64,000 bases of DNA from an uncultured Methanosarcinaceae archaeon. GTDB taxonomy: Archaea; Halobacteriota; Methanosarcinia; Methanosarcinales; Methanosarcinaceae. The DNA lies in contig CAVSHT010000014.1 in NCBI GenBank assembly GCA_963727895.1, positions 1 through 64,000 of the forward strand, in the 5' to 3' direction. Positions within the stretch are counted from its first letter, which is position 1, and each line of letters opens with the position of its first letter. The notes under the pieces are model-generated. The model saw only the letters and a program-made list of their open reading frames with translations, searched no databases and had not been told where the DNA came from. Both the position numbers and the translations under genes were made by a program. Shown piece by piece: positions 9,919 through 21,280 of the stretch.

Positions 9919-12735
9919 ATGAGTGTTGCAGGAACTATTAACAACCGACTTGTAAATCCAATACGAACAAAATTCACTTATTTAAACAGACGTGTTGAAG
10001 ATGCGAAGATAAACGCTGAAAATCAGCTTTGGTGGAATAACTATTCCCGGCTTATATCTCCAGATAAGATAGTCGTTTCAGAGGATTATCTAGAAGTGGA
10101 TGGTATGCTAGTTGAGTGTATTATTGTAGGGCTCCCCCAGCTTTCCACAGATGGATATCCAGGTTCTATCAAACCTGATTTCCTAGAAAAGTTGATGAAA
10201 ATTGGTATCGATGGCGTTGTGATTTCAATATCTTTTGGAGTTGTTCCTATTCCTACCCACGAGGCACAGCTATTGCTACAAGACTCCATGTTTCGAAATA
10301 CAGTTAATCAGAATAATGTGAAAAAAGGCAACGAGTTAGGTATGAGTGCTATCGTTCAGCAATTAGATGCAAGAGACATAGCCGTTACCATTGAAAAACT
10401 CCACAATAATGATGAGAAACTTTGCAACACAGCATACATAATTACTATCTGGGCTGAGGACGCAAGGGCGATGAGACAAGCAAAAAGCCGTGTAAAGGTT
10501 GTCCTGAACTCACATAGAGTATATGGCTCATACCCTTCAAGGAAGATGTTAGAAACGTACAGGGCTGCACAGGGATATCCAAATTATGAAGAATTCACAT
10601 TCGTGCCAATGGTTTCAAGCTTTGCAGGTAGTCTTTGCCCTTGTAAAAACCCTGACAACAGCTTAACAGAAGGCACGAAGGGGTTGTATATTGGGGATAA
10701 TCGGAAAACAGGTAAACCAATAGTGGTAGAATTAGAAGCAAGAGCAAATCAGCATATGTGTCTTATTGGAAATTCTGGATCTGGGAAAACGTATTTTACT
10801 CTTGGGATTCTTGGGAGGCTCTATACATCGGGTAGAAATGTAGTATATATTACAGTGAAGGATGATGGGAAAACACGTTACCTTGACATGGCTAATTATT
10901 TTTCTCCCTATTCGTGTATAATAAATGTTGGTCCAGGTGGAAAAAATATTAACCCGCTGCAAATCTTACACACAGGAAAGGGATTAACTGTCCTAGAAGC
11001 TGCAGCAATATATGATCGTCAAAAGGTATTCGTGTATAACTTCTTCAAAATGTGGTTTAAGGATGCATTTAGTCCCAATATGGAGGCGTACCTTGATAAA
11101 TCTCTCAATCGGACTTACAAACGCTTTGACATCTTTAGAAATGATCCAAAATCATGGATGGATAAGGATTTTCCATTAATGAAAGACCTTGTTAGAGTTT
11201 GGAGAGAAGACAAAGAATCTAAAGATCCGGAAGTTTCAGAAGCAGCCCAGGCACTTCTAAGGAAGACTTACTACTTTGAGGAAGATGGGACTCTATCATA
11301 CATGAACAGGCAAACTGATATAGACCTGTCAAAAGGATTTACCGTTATCGATCTTGTCAACGTTCCAGACATGATCAAGGAAGCCATGAACGCTTTGGTC
11401 ACTGGAATGATTACAACTTATTTTTCGACTAATAATAAGAAAGGTGTAAATATCGCCATTGATGAAGGCGGTGCGTTTCTACGAGATCCCCAACTTTCTA
11501 GCATGGTTCTTAAAATTCTCACCCAGGGAAGAAGCTATGATATAGGCATGATTTTTGCAACTCAGCAATTTTCTGATTTGGAAAAAGCGAAACTTTCAGA
11601 AGAATTCATGACAAACACACCTATTAAGATTGTTCTAGGCTATGAATTAGACCAGAAGTCTGTATCTTACATTAAAGATTTCCTAATGCTTGAGGATTCG
11701 GCTGTAAAGGAGCTTAGAACGGATTCCAAAGGTCAAGGTATTGTAAAAATTGGTGATGTTCACGCTCCACTTGCGTTTCATGCTACACCAAAAGAAGACG
11801 CGATAATTAAAGGTAAATACAAAGAAGAAATTGAGACAGACACATCAAATACATCGACTGATACATCGGCAACTGCTACCGGTGGAGAAATCAAAGAGGC
11901 CTATGTTAAACTTGCAAAAATGAATAAAGTTATATTCCTTGATTGGATCGAAGGTGAAGATGTGGATTTCACTCTTCAAAGATTGGGATACCAAAAATAC
12001 AATCCTCAGAACATGTTAAGCCGTGGAAACGCCATTTGTTGGGCGCATGAGAGTTTAATTGCTGAGGATGGATCTATTAAGATTCAGGCAAAGAAATATG
12101 ATGGAAACTTTGGGAACCAAACACAGGACCATTACTTCTCAGTTGTTCAATGGGCGGGAATGTTAACAGCTGCACCAGAATTTACAGATATTAAAGTCCA
12201 CCATAACAATGACGTGGATGTATCTGCCATGCTTGGGAATGAAAGTTATGGTTTTGAGTATGAACATCCAGAAAGTCACGACCACGTAGAGCTTGTGGAG
12301 AAATTGAAGCGTGACATGGCTAAATATGACCACGTCGTGTTCATCGGGTCAAGAGCTAATATGGTACAACTCAAGCACGCTGTAGGTGATCATGCGTTCC
12401 AACGTGGAGATCAGGTTAAAGCTTGGCTGGATCAAAACATCGACAATTATCAACGGAACATCAATAGCGGGAGACCGATGGAAGAATCCCAACCCGAGCT
12501 TGAGCAAATAAAAGAAAAGACTCTGGAAGAAAACGCAGAAGCAGAACCAAACCAAGGGATAATATCAAGCACAGAAGACGCTAAAAACGTAACAGCCATG
12601 CAAGAATTTTCCCAAGAGGATTATGCAAAATTTGAATTATTAGCAAAGGAATCAAACTCGACAACTGAAGATTTCATAAAAGTATGTGCTATGAGAGGAT
12701 TTTTAGGGATGTGGATAGATATGAAAAGGGAATAA
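9919..12735 (+). CDS. virB4: VirB4-like conjugation ATPase with C-terminal extension
   Basis: Walker A GNSGSGKT, INPL motif, Walker B IAIDEG, GRSYDIGMIFATQ. Confidence 0.85.
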   Translation: MSVAGTINNRLVNPIRTKFTYLNRRVEDAKINAENQLWWNNYSRLISPDKIVVSEDYLEVDGMLVECIIVGLPQLSTDGYPGSIKPDFLEKLMKIGIDGVVISISFGVVPIPTHEAQLLLQDSMFRNTVNQNNVKKGNELGMSAIVQQLDARDIAVTIEKLHNNDEKLCNTAYIITIWAEDARAMRQAKSRVKVVLNSHRVYGSYPSRKMLETYRAAQGYPNYEEFTFVPMVSSFAGSLCPCKNPDNSLTEGTKGLYIGDNRKTGKPIVVELEARANQHMCLIGNSGSGKTYFTLGILGRLYTSGRNVVYITVKDDGKTRYLDMANYFSPYSCIINVGPGGKNINPLQILHTGKGLTVLEAAAIYDRQKVFVYNFFKMWFKDAFSPNMEAYLDKSLNRTYKRFDIFRNDPKSWMDKDFPLMKDLVRVWREDKESKDPEVSEAAQALLRKTYYFEEDGTLSYMNRQTDIDLSKGFTVIDLVNVPDMIKEAMNALVTGMITTYFSTNNKKGVNIAIDEGGAFLRDPQLSSMVLKILTQGRSYDIGMIFATQQFSDLEKAKLSEEFMTNTPIKIVLGYELDQKSVSYIKDFLMLEDSAVKELRTDSKGQGIVKIGDVHAPLAFHATPKEDAIIKGKYKEEIETDTSNTSTDTSATATGGEIKEAYVKLAKMNKVIFLDWIEGEDVDFTLQRLGYQKYNPQNMLSRGNAICWAHESLIAEDGSIKIQAKKYDGNFGNQTQDHYFSVVQWAGMLTAAPEFTDIKVHHNNDVDVSAMLGNESYGFEYEHPESHDHVELVEKLKRDMAKYDHVVFIGSRANMVQLKHAVGDHAFQRGDQVKAWLDQNIDNYQRNINSGRPMEESQPELEQIKEKTLEENAEAEPNQGIISSTEDAKNVTAMQEFSQEDYAKFELLAKESNSTTEDFIKVCAMRGFLGMWIDMKRE

Positions 12736-13136
12736 TTTCCCATTTTTTTAATTTTACATCGGTTTTGACATCGAAACATCGATAGCGGGAGACCGATGAT
12801 TGAAGAGAGTAACACGAATAGCGCAGAGCGTGATATTAAAATAGAGATGTGAATAAAAGAAAACGACATCAGGATGCCCAAAAATGGCTTCGAAAAAAAG
12901 GAGGCAGGAGAACCGGAACACCGACAAACTAATCCGGTGTAAGGGTAGTTTGGCCGAGTTTAAGGTCTAAAAACCCGTCTTTCCAAACGGTACTTATCTA
13001 TCAATAATCTTCAATCGATTATTAGTAAAGATTTACGTATTTTCACGTGGTTGCGTTGGTTTAAGCTGAAGTTATATTTCAGATGTGCTTGAACTCTCGC
13101 TTAAGTACTCTTTAAATGGATCAAAAAAAGGAAAAA

Positions 13137-13271
13137 TTAATTTTGAAATGCAACTTTTGCTTTATGACCGCAAACAGCGAGACCTCTCACAAAAAAATCC
13201 AATTCCGCCCTGCTGTGGAATTCCTTTGTTTGTATTTCCCCATGTAAATTCTTGAATTCGGCTGTCCACAT
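13137..13271 (-). CDS. Small hypothetical protein (44 aa)
   Basis: AGGTGA RBS; MWTAEFKNLHGEIQTKEFHSRAELDFFVRGLAVCGHKAKVAFQN. Confidence 0.45.
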   Translation of the reverse strand: MWTAEFKNLHGEIQTKEFHSRAELDFFVRGLAVCGHKAKVAFQN

Positions 13272-13365
13272 TTTGGTTCACCTAGCTATTATATATGATG
13301 ATATTACTATAAAACTTAGTTATTCTGCTTCATTTTTCTAGTTCGTTTATGGGTTAGGTTTTTTT

Positions 13366-13749
13366 CTATGTTCGATCTTTGATGATATAATCGCAGGTTG
13401 AAGAAGGACAAGTCCATCCAGATTTAACAAAACGTTGCTTACCATCTATTATTTCTCGAATATAATTTCTCTTTAAGTATTCTCCACATTTTGGACATAA
13501 TAGTTTTGGAGTTGCACCGTTTTGCCCCTGTCGACGCTTTTTATTTTTTCTATTCTTTTCAAGGGCATGTTGTTCTTTTTGTTTTTTAAATGTTCTCCAC
13601 AGAGCCATTTGAGTAATTCTTTTTCCGGTTTCTTCAGATAGTGTTTTTGCTATATCTGAAACATACATGCTAGATTCTCTCATTTTCAATGCTTTTTGGA
13701 TAAGAACTGGATCATCAATAGTTGTATAAGTCATTTTAGTTAGTCTCAA
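13366..13749 (-). CDS. HTH-like plus C4 zinc-ribbon protein
   Basis: VSDIAKTLSE helix; CPKC...GWTCPSSTC. Confidence 0.7.
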   Translation of the reverse strand: MRLTKMTYTTIDDPVLIQKALKMRESSMYVSDIAKTLSEETGKRITQMALWRTFKKQKEQHALEKNRKNKKRRQGQNGATPKLLCPKCGEYLKRNYIREIIDGKQRFVKSGWTCPSSTCDYIIKDRT

Positions 13750-14001
13750 TTTATAATCTTCATAGTATACGATGCAGTCAATGGTATTTGTACTAAGTAG
13801 TATACTTTAGATCTTTTGTGGTATACTATAAAGTAAAACTATTACAAAAAAGAAATTTATATAATTTGATGCTCTTGCTAAAAATGGATCACAAAAGAAA
13901 AAGAGAAAAATCATGAATGTAAAATTCAAAACATGGAAGTTCTGAATCAATCTTGAACTCCATATTTTAAATTAAAAAGTGACTTATGAATTTTTAGTGA
14001 C

Positions 14002-14229
14002 TTATGATTTTTTAATAAGTTCGTCATTCATTATTTCTGCGTGGTATTCATTAAGGAATCGCAGTTTACCGCTGCTGATTGAATACATAATGGCATAGTT
14101 GACCAAAGAAGACTCATCGGGAAAGCTACCGCTTGCAATGAGTTATTCGACTTTATGCATCACGTAATTTTGGAATTCAATTTCAATCACTGTAGTTACT
14201 TTTCTTGCTCTTCTTGTTATTTCAAACAC
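14002..14229 (-). pseudogene. Ribbon-helix-helix-like small protein with internal stop
   Basis: Manual translation ...VMHKVE*LIASGSFPDESSLVNYAI... Confidence 0.4.
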
Positions 14230-14279
14230 CTACTAAATTTTGAGCGCAACAAAAGATAATAGGAAAAGCAAAAACAAAA

Positions 14280-14561
14280 TCAGGCAGAAACTTTCTGCCT
14301 TAAGTGAACTCTTCTCCATTCAGCTTCAATAATCTCAGGTGTGGCAATCATAGATTCTTTACCAGGCCAGGTTATTACAAACAATTCAGGATCTTTGCTG
14401 TATTGGATTCTTGCACCGTCCCTGAGCATTTGTTTGAAGATGTGATTTCTCCATTCAAGACAGGTCATGACTTGTGGTTTTTCATTCATGTTCCAGGTTT
14501 TATGCTGGATTGCTATATTTTGTTTTTGTGATGTTCCCATTTTCATTTTGTTGCGCTCCAT
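14280..14561 (-). CDS. Hypothetical protein
   Basis: 93-aa ORF divergent from the HTH gene. Confidence 0.55.
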   Translation of the reverse strand: MERNKMKMGTSQKQNIAIQHKTWNMNEKPQVMTCLEWRNHIFKQMLRDGARIQYSKDPELFVITWPGKESMIATPEIIEAEWRRVHLRQKVSA

Positions 14562-14577
14562 TATCTTCTATCTTTTG

Positions 14578-14651
14578 GCTTTTAGTTGCTATTAACTATA
14601 AGTAATATAATCTACTTTTATAAATACTTAACGCTATTAGCAACTAAAAGC
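14578..14651. promoter_or_regulatory. Operator pair in a divergent promoter
   Basis: Perfect 14-bp inverted repeat GCTTTTAGTTGCTA/TAGCAACTAAAAGC around TATA-like tracts. Confidence 0.6.
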
Positions 14652-14689
14652 TATAAATAGATAGAAAGACATCTGCAATATGTGATCAT

Positions 14690-14932
14690 ATGAAAGAAAA
14701 TAAGGAAAAACCAAGAACTGAAAATAAAGCAAGATTCGCAAAAGAGTATACAGATGATGATTTTATAAAAGCATTAAAAGAATGTCAAGAGGAGTCGACA
14801 AGTTCAGCTTCCGAAGTAGCTGAAAAAGTAGGATGTAGCCCGCGGTATGCGAAAGATAGACTTATACTGTTAGCAGATCAAAAGAAAATAGAAAAGAAAA
14901 TGAAAGGTAATGCGTGGGGATTCAGACCCTAA
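14690..14932 (+). CDS. Winged-HTH DNA-binding protein
   Basis: SASEVAEKVGCSPRYAKDRLILL followed by a beta-wing-like segment. Confidence 0.8.
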   Translation: MKENKEKPRTENKARFAKEYTDDDFIKALKECQEESTSSASEVAEKVGCSPRYAKDRLILLADQKKIEKKMKGNAWGFRP

Positions 14933-15182
14933 GCACTACCTTACTTCAATATTCACTCCTTTTTGCAGCTGCAATTATCCTTATTCTAAACTATTTTAAG
15001 CCTATCAAAAATAATTCTGAACTAATTGGTCATACCCTTAAAGGAAAAACGAATAGAGAGGCGGAGAATAAGCATGTGCACTCTTCTGGAAGTTCAGCCT
15101 GTTCAAAACTGCATAGTTCTACATAATAACATTTAAAATCTCAAAAATCTTGTAAAATACAATAAAATAAGGAGGAATGTAA

Positions 15183-15459
15183 ATGAAAGCATTTTATAAA
15201 ACTGGAATTGCACTGTGCTTATTACTAGCGGTTCTTTTTCTAACTATGGGGTCTGCTGCTGCAGATAGTGGGAATAATAGTACCACTGCAGGTACGGATT
15301 TATAGTACCGTTGAGATCCGTGGTCCCGTGTATAATGGCTCAGATATTAACAATATTATCAGCATGAATGGTGGTACCGTTTCAATGGACGCAACCCAGT
15401 TTGCAGTTTTCTACTACGATCTTGATAATAACATTACAAACGATAAATTAAAAGTATGA
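15183..15459 (+). pseudogene. S-layer-related protein N-terminal fragment
   Basis: Signal peptide from 15183, frameshift, then VEIRGPVY...FAVFYYDLD. Confidence 0.7.
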
Positions 15460-16969
15460 GATTTTCCTTCAAGGAAATTTTTCTTTTTTAAACCTGTCAA
15501 AATATTATAGTGGAAATATACCTTCTCAAAAACGGACTAAAATCCTGAAAACTTCAATTGGAATTACATTTCAAGTCATTAACACAATTAGTAACAAATA
15601 ATTGATTAATATATTTAGCTTCATTAAAGCCAGAGTAATTTAGGTTTTTGATTTGTCCTTTTTAACCGTATTTGTTTTGGCCCCAGTAATCAAGTTTATG
15701 TGGAGATTCTAAAACTTAGTCAATGGTTTGAACAAACTATTTATTTTTTATGATATTACTTTAAAAAGAGACATAAGAACGTAATAGTAAAAAGTTCGTG
15801 TTTATTGCTTATTTCTGAGAAAAACGATAGTAAAACCTGCAAAATTTTTCCTAAAATCCGAACCTCCTAGCTCAAAAACGATCCCGTAATTCTAAATTTA
15901 AATAGTATTATATTTAAACAACATAATAAAATATTCTATTTATGAGGTATCACATCCTGTTTTTCGTCATTTATTAAAATAAAGTCTCTTTCTATTTGTG
16001 TCAAAGAGTAGAAATGCCTCAGCTGAAGTCATGCGAGAATCTTAGCGTAAATTAAACAAAATAAAGACTAGAAAACACTATAAAAAAGGATATTTGCAGG
16101 CTGATGACTAAATTATTTAATAATTTGGTTAACTATGAATTTTGAGACATAATCTTTGTGTCAATCTGCAAAACAAAATTGATTAAAAATTTGAAAAAAA
16201 TTTCGATTTTTCACCAAAACTCTATGAAAGCATGAAGGTTGTGTTACAAAAATTTTCTTCTCGCACTTTGAGGCTATAATTGGCATCTTTATTTACCACT
16301 TTTCTAAGTAATGATAATGATTAACTTTCATAATTGCAAATTTTTTCACTTGTTTTGTAAATGAACCAAAAAAAGTATGTAGCTATTGAATTTAGGCTCG
16401 ACTAAACTTTTATGTAGAAACTTACATGTAATGCTTTGCAGGCTCTATATTTAACTCGTCATCTTGGTTTAATTGCAATCCTTTAAGTTTTGTAATTTCA
16501 TTCCTCAGACTTTCAATTTTTATAGCTTGGTTTTTAATTAGTTGAGGAGTAATATGTAAAAAATAAGAGGCAAATTTGCGTCCTCTTTTGTAAATAATAC
16601 CTAAAATTGCCCTAAAAAGTATTAATTTTAGTATTTACTGATTTTTTTGAAATTAAAGCTCAAATAGCGTATTTAAACATAAATTATATTTTTTTGAGTA
16701 TATAAGTAATATTATATTTTATCTAACTGCTTTAGGAACTGTTGACATAGAATCAACAAGACTAAATTGATCAAAATAGAATTTATGCAATGAAACTAAC
16801 AAAAGTATTGGTGGCTGTTCGCTTTTTTACTTCAACTGTGTAGTTCTAAATTGATCAACAAAACGAATTTCGATAAATCTTTGATTTCAACAAATTGTTT
16901 ATACACTCTTTATAAACAACCAGCAGAAAAGAAGGTTTTTTTGAAATATTTCGAAGTCGGAGGAATAAA

Positions 16970-17278
16970 ATGTTAAAAATAAAAAAAATACTCGGTATTT
17001 TGCTGGCACTCTGTTTTGTAATGTCAGTGACAGCTGCAGCAGCAAGCGCACAAGAAAATAAAATCGTCGAACATAAAGATGTCAAGAATATTATTATCGT
17101 TAAGAAACCAGTTCATCCCCAACCAGTAAAAGTTGTTAAAATCGTCCACAAATCAGGTAAACACTTTCATCCAGGTCACTGGGAAAAACACAGAGTAGGC
17201 CACAGAGAGTTCAGGAACAACCAGTGGACTATTATCTATGTATACAAAACAGTCTACATGGGACCATCCTGGTACTAA
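16970..17278 (+). CDS. Small secreted basic His-rich protein
   Basis: GGAGG RBS; signal peptide LLALCFVMSVTAAAASA. Confidence 0.8.
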   Translation: MLKIKKILGILLALCFVMSVTAAAASAQENKIVEHKDVKNIIIVKKPVHPQPVKVVKIVHKSGKHFHPGHWEKHRVGHREFRNNQWTIIYVYKTVYMGPSWY

Positions 17279-17297
17279 AACTACATAGAGAAATTAA

Positions 17298-17385
17298 GGT
17301 TCTGTGTAGTTAATGGAATTTGCCCTTTTGACAGATGTTACTGGATGCCAAAAGTTTTCTCAGACCCCATAGACTACACAGTACC
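17298..17385. mobile_element. About 88-bp MITE with GGTTCTGT ends (family A)
   Basis: GGTTCTGTGTAGT...ACTACACAGTACC; relatives at 19307 and 21650. Confidence 0.75.
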
Positions 17386-17414
17386 AAAAATACGGCTCTG
17401 AAGAAGTCCTCTAA

Positions 17415-17547
17415 GAACCTATCCGAAAAGTGGTTACTTGCTATGACTTTTACAATATGCAATATTCAAAAACCGGAACGGATACTTTGATACTATAGAC
17501 CTATTGTGACATTTTCAACATGCATTACTGACTTTTCGGATAGGCTC
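17415..17547. mobile_element. MITE family B
   Basis: CCTATCCGAAAAGT...ACTTTTCGGATAGG terminal repeats; copy at 48921. Confidence 0.8.
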
Positions 17548-18227
17548 ATTATTATTTGATAAACATACATTTATTAAAAAAGCATCAATCTTTTTTATTA
17601 TATAAATTCTACTATATTTATTGTCAATGATTGTTTAGAATATATTCGAATAAATTTATTTATAAAATTATAACTACTTAACGACGTTATAATAAATACA
17701 TGACGATATTATTCCAATTATTGGAAAAATTGGTTTTTTAAAAATCAGATACTTTTATATGCTGATATTTTTCCTGCTAAAAAACATATAAATATATCTT
17801 CAGAAAAAACATTTTATGATTGTAAAAAGAGATCTTCACGTAGTAAATGAAGATAAATTAAGATTTGATACGTTCACCATTCGGTTCTGTTGCAAAAAAA
17901 CTGGTCATTTTTAAAATAAATGAAAAACTTTACAGTATATGTGATATTATAAGTTTGTTAAGTGCTTCTGCATTTACTTAAAGAGTTTCGAAAATATTGT
18001 AAAGCCTAATTTGACTATTACTACTATGATAATGCACCCAGCCAAGTATTCTAATAACTAATTTATACACTCTTTTCGGTTCATATTTTGATATAAGTCA
18101 TCGAACTTTATTATCTTTTTTTGTATGATTTTGTTTGCTCTTTGATAGCTTCTAATCTGATTTTCCTTATGGATTAACTGTATTTAAAGACAATAGAATA
18201 GGGATAATAAAAGGGGAGTTAATAGAA

Positions 18228-18473
18228 ATGTGTACGTTAGAAGCTATGGAAATTAAAATACTTGCTCATCTGTATGAATTGGGAGTACTTAATCTCCATG
18301 GAGGTTGGGAAAGGCAATCAAATTTAGATGAAAACGCAGTTGAGAGATTATATAGTGCTAAACTTGTGGAAAAAAGTGTTTTATTACCTGGATTTATCCG
18401 TTTGTCAGAACATGGCGTTGGTGCAGTGTTATTTGGGATTCATAATGCAGAAAGAATTACAGAGCTTTTATAA
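18228..18473 (+). CDS. Hypothetical protein, possible winged helix
   Basis: GGGGAG RBS, 81 aa. Confidence 0.6.
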   Translation: MCTLEAMEIKILAHLYELGVLNLHGGWERQSNLDENAVERLYSAKLVEKSVLLPGFIRLSEHGVGAVLFGIHNAERITELL

Positions 18474-18872
18474 ATTTTGGAAAAAATCAAACATATTTAA
18501 CAGTGTCTCAAAAGTTATGTTGAAAATAAGAGAATGAAAAGTTACCAGTTATGCTGACAAAGTTTTCTGTTTTTCATGTTTCACTAAAGCATAATTTAGA
18601 TTATTTACTACATAACATAGTTTGCTTTTACCATATAATTTTTGCAACAGAAACTGAACGTTTTATACTTGCTTATAAGTTAACATTGCAAAAAATATCC
18701 GTATTGTATATATAATTATATACGCATTTTTAACACTTTTAACTTATTGTAATTATTTAAAAAGACTTTTGTATTATGAGTTTTGTTTATTCTATAACTA
18801 ATTTGCCTTAAAATAAGGATTATACATTGAATAAAGCAAGATTATAAGAAAAAATGTCTTGGAGGAATCTAG

Positions 18873-19295
18873 ATGACTATGAATGTTGTTCAATTAATTG
18901 ATGCTAACACTTATGACATGAGTAACCCTAAAAAGGTACTAAATATATTTTATACTCGTGAAGGTCCTAATGGTATACCCTCAAATCTTACACTTGAATA
19001 TCAAAACTGCAAGCGTACTTTTGAAGGTAATGAAATTACTGAGAGCAAAGTGCAAGAACTAGATATAGTAACTGTTGATCTATCTAAAAATATGCCCGGT
19101 GCTCCTCTTGTTTGTTTATCTCTTCTACTACCAAAAGTTAATCTGAATGGTCCACAAGATGCAGAGTCAGTAACAACATTCTGTATTAAAACAACTAGAA
19201 AAGCTGGTTCCATTGGTCCTGAATATCATATTGGACAAGATGACTCGTATGAAATAATTGAATTAAATGGTGATGCAAAGTTATTGTTGAAATAA
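18873..19295 (+). CDS. Hypothetical protein
   Basis: GGAGG RBS, 140-aa ORF. Confidence 0.75.
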   Translation: MTMNVVQLIDANTYDMSNPKKVLNIFYTREGPNGIPSNLTLEYQNCKRTFEGNEITESKVQELDIVTVDLSKNMPGAPLVCLSLLLPKVNLNGPQDAESVTTFCIKTTRKAGSIGPEYHIGQDDSYEIIELNGDAKLLLK

Positions 19296-19306
19296 TTAAA
19301 TGATAA

Positions 19307-19395
19307 GGTTCTGTGTAGTCTAAGAGATATGAGGAAAAGTTACAGCATTTAGTGGCATCTATTGGGAGAAAAAACCTTATTAACTACACAGAACC
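19307..19395. mobile_element. MITE family A
   Basis: GGTTCTGTGTAGT...ACTACACAGAACC. Confidence 0.75.
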
Positions 19396-20579
19396 AAAAG
19401 TAATATTCTTTATTTTTCCACGTATTGATAAAAATTATATGAGGTTGGAATTCAATCCCAAAACCAACCTCCATGCATAGGATTTTTTTGTTTTCACCGT
19501 TGGTGATAATGTAGGACCAGCTTATTAGATTGACTTTTTAACATATGAATTTAATTATATGAATTAATAATTATTTTTTGATACAAATATTTTCAACAGT
19601 TTTCATCCCATTGCAAAAAATATCCACTAAGAATATACTAAAATAAAAAGTCTCTACACTGCCTTATATTCTGCTACTTTACGAACCTTAGTTTGCTAGA
19701 GGTTATAAGTTCATTATCTATGAAAAATAGATATGAATAAAATATTAAAACGTTCGTATTTGAGAAAGAATATCCTAAAAATTGATGGAAAAATGAGAGA
19801 TTTTAGCTTAAAATACGAACCTTGTAACTCAAAAAAAGGTTCGTATCTTGAATTATCCTTGAAAATTAGATTTTTATATTATTTATTGCATAACAGAGTT
19901 TACTTATGTCATATCATTTTTGTAACAGAATCCTTAACTTTCTACTTATTTCAATAAACCTCTCTCCTAATTTTTTACAACTAAACTATTTTGGCTGTGG
20001 TGGTGGCTGCAATGCACACGCACATGACTATATAGTATAATAGAGCACAGTGAAAAGTGTCTTAAGATAGCGAAAATGAAAAAGTGTTTATTATAATAGG
20101 TCAAATATAAGAGTATTAAGGTTCATATCCAGAGACCTTCTTTTGATTGCGAAAAATAGATACAATTTACTTGAGCATTCATTATTCAACTATCGAAGTT
20201 CAGTGAAAATATGGAATTTCTTGGGAGTTTAATTGAGTGTTACTGCAGGAGGTAAAGGGCGGGAGAGATTAATCCGCCCAGGCTTGAGTGAACAGGATGA
20301 ATGATTAGACCTGTCCAGATGTGGTTGAAGATCCCAACTGATTGGGTTCAAATATATAATTAATTTAAAACTATTTAAAGTTTATGAAGGAGTTTTTAAT
20401 TTCGCCCTCATTTAGCCATTTTTTGTTATATCCCATAATAATTCGTTTCATAAATAAAGCAACAATAACATAAAAATGTTGCTTTTTAAGAGAATATCTG
20501 CTTCAAAACCCGAGATTTTACTGAAAATGTTCAGAAAAAGGCAACATATTGTCTAAAATGTTGACTAGACTTTAAGAGA

Positions 20580-20788
20580 TCCGCATAAACTTGATTACTG
20601 GGGCCAAAATGAATATGATTAAAAAAGGACAACTCGAGAATCTAAATTACTTTAGTCTTAATGAGGCTAAATCTGTTCATTAATTATTTGAAATAGTTCT
20701 GTAATATTGATATATTTCTCAAATATTTTGACTTTTATTTATCATCCATAATTTACATGCTTATTCTGAAATTTTTTGCAACTGAACC
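20580..20788 (+). mobile_element. IS6 right-end remnant
   Basis: Matches 31447-31627; similar remnants near 15590, 24020, 42457, 50710, 55775 and 58035. Confidence 0.75.
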
Positions 20789-21280
20789 ATGTAGAAAATG
20801 CTTAGATATCATCTTCTGTATTTTTTATCCAGGACTGTTTTAACATTTTTAGTTTTTTTAGATAGTGTTATTGTGATATTTACAAGCTCACCTAATAATC
20901 CAATAATAAAAACAACACATAAAACCACCCAAATTACTAGCGGAAATTTCCAAAATTTCATACTAAATAATCGATGGTTTAACTATATATAAAGTATTTA
21001 TATGTTATATATAAAATTTAATAAGTATCATTTATAATTTTAATTAAATTTTTATAAATACAAACTTATTAAATATTTCTGCAATGGGATCTTAAAGAAT
21101 AAGAGTACAAATATTTTGAGATCCTTACATTAAGTTCTACAAATGATATAAGGATCAAGATAATATTATTTAATCAAATAATATATGACATTAGTTTAAA
21201 AATAGTTTAATAGTAAATTCATTAGCTGTGTTTATAATCAATTTTATGCCTAAAGTGAGTAAGTTTAAGGAGGAGAAAAT

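Noticed and set aside
19733..19957. Similar short ORFs MNKILKRSYL (also at 24511 and 44801)
   Set aside because: Translations of the non-coding palindromic repeat family; no RBS or consistent ends.
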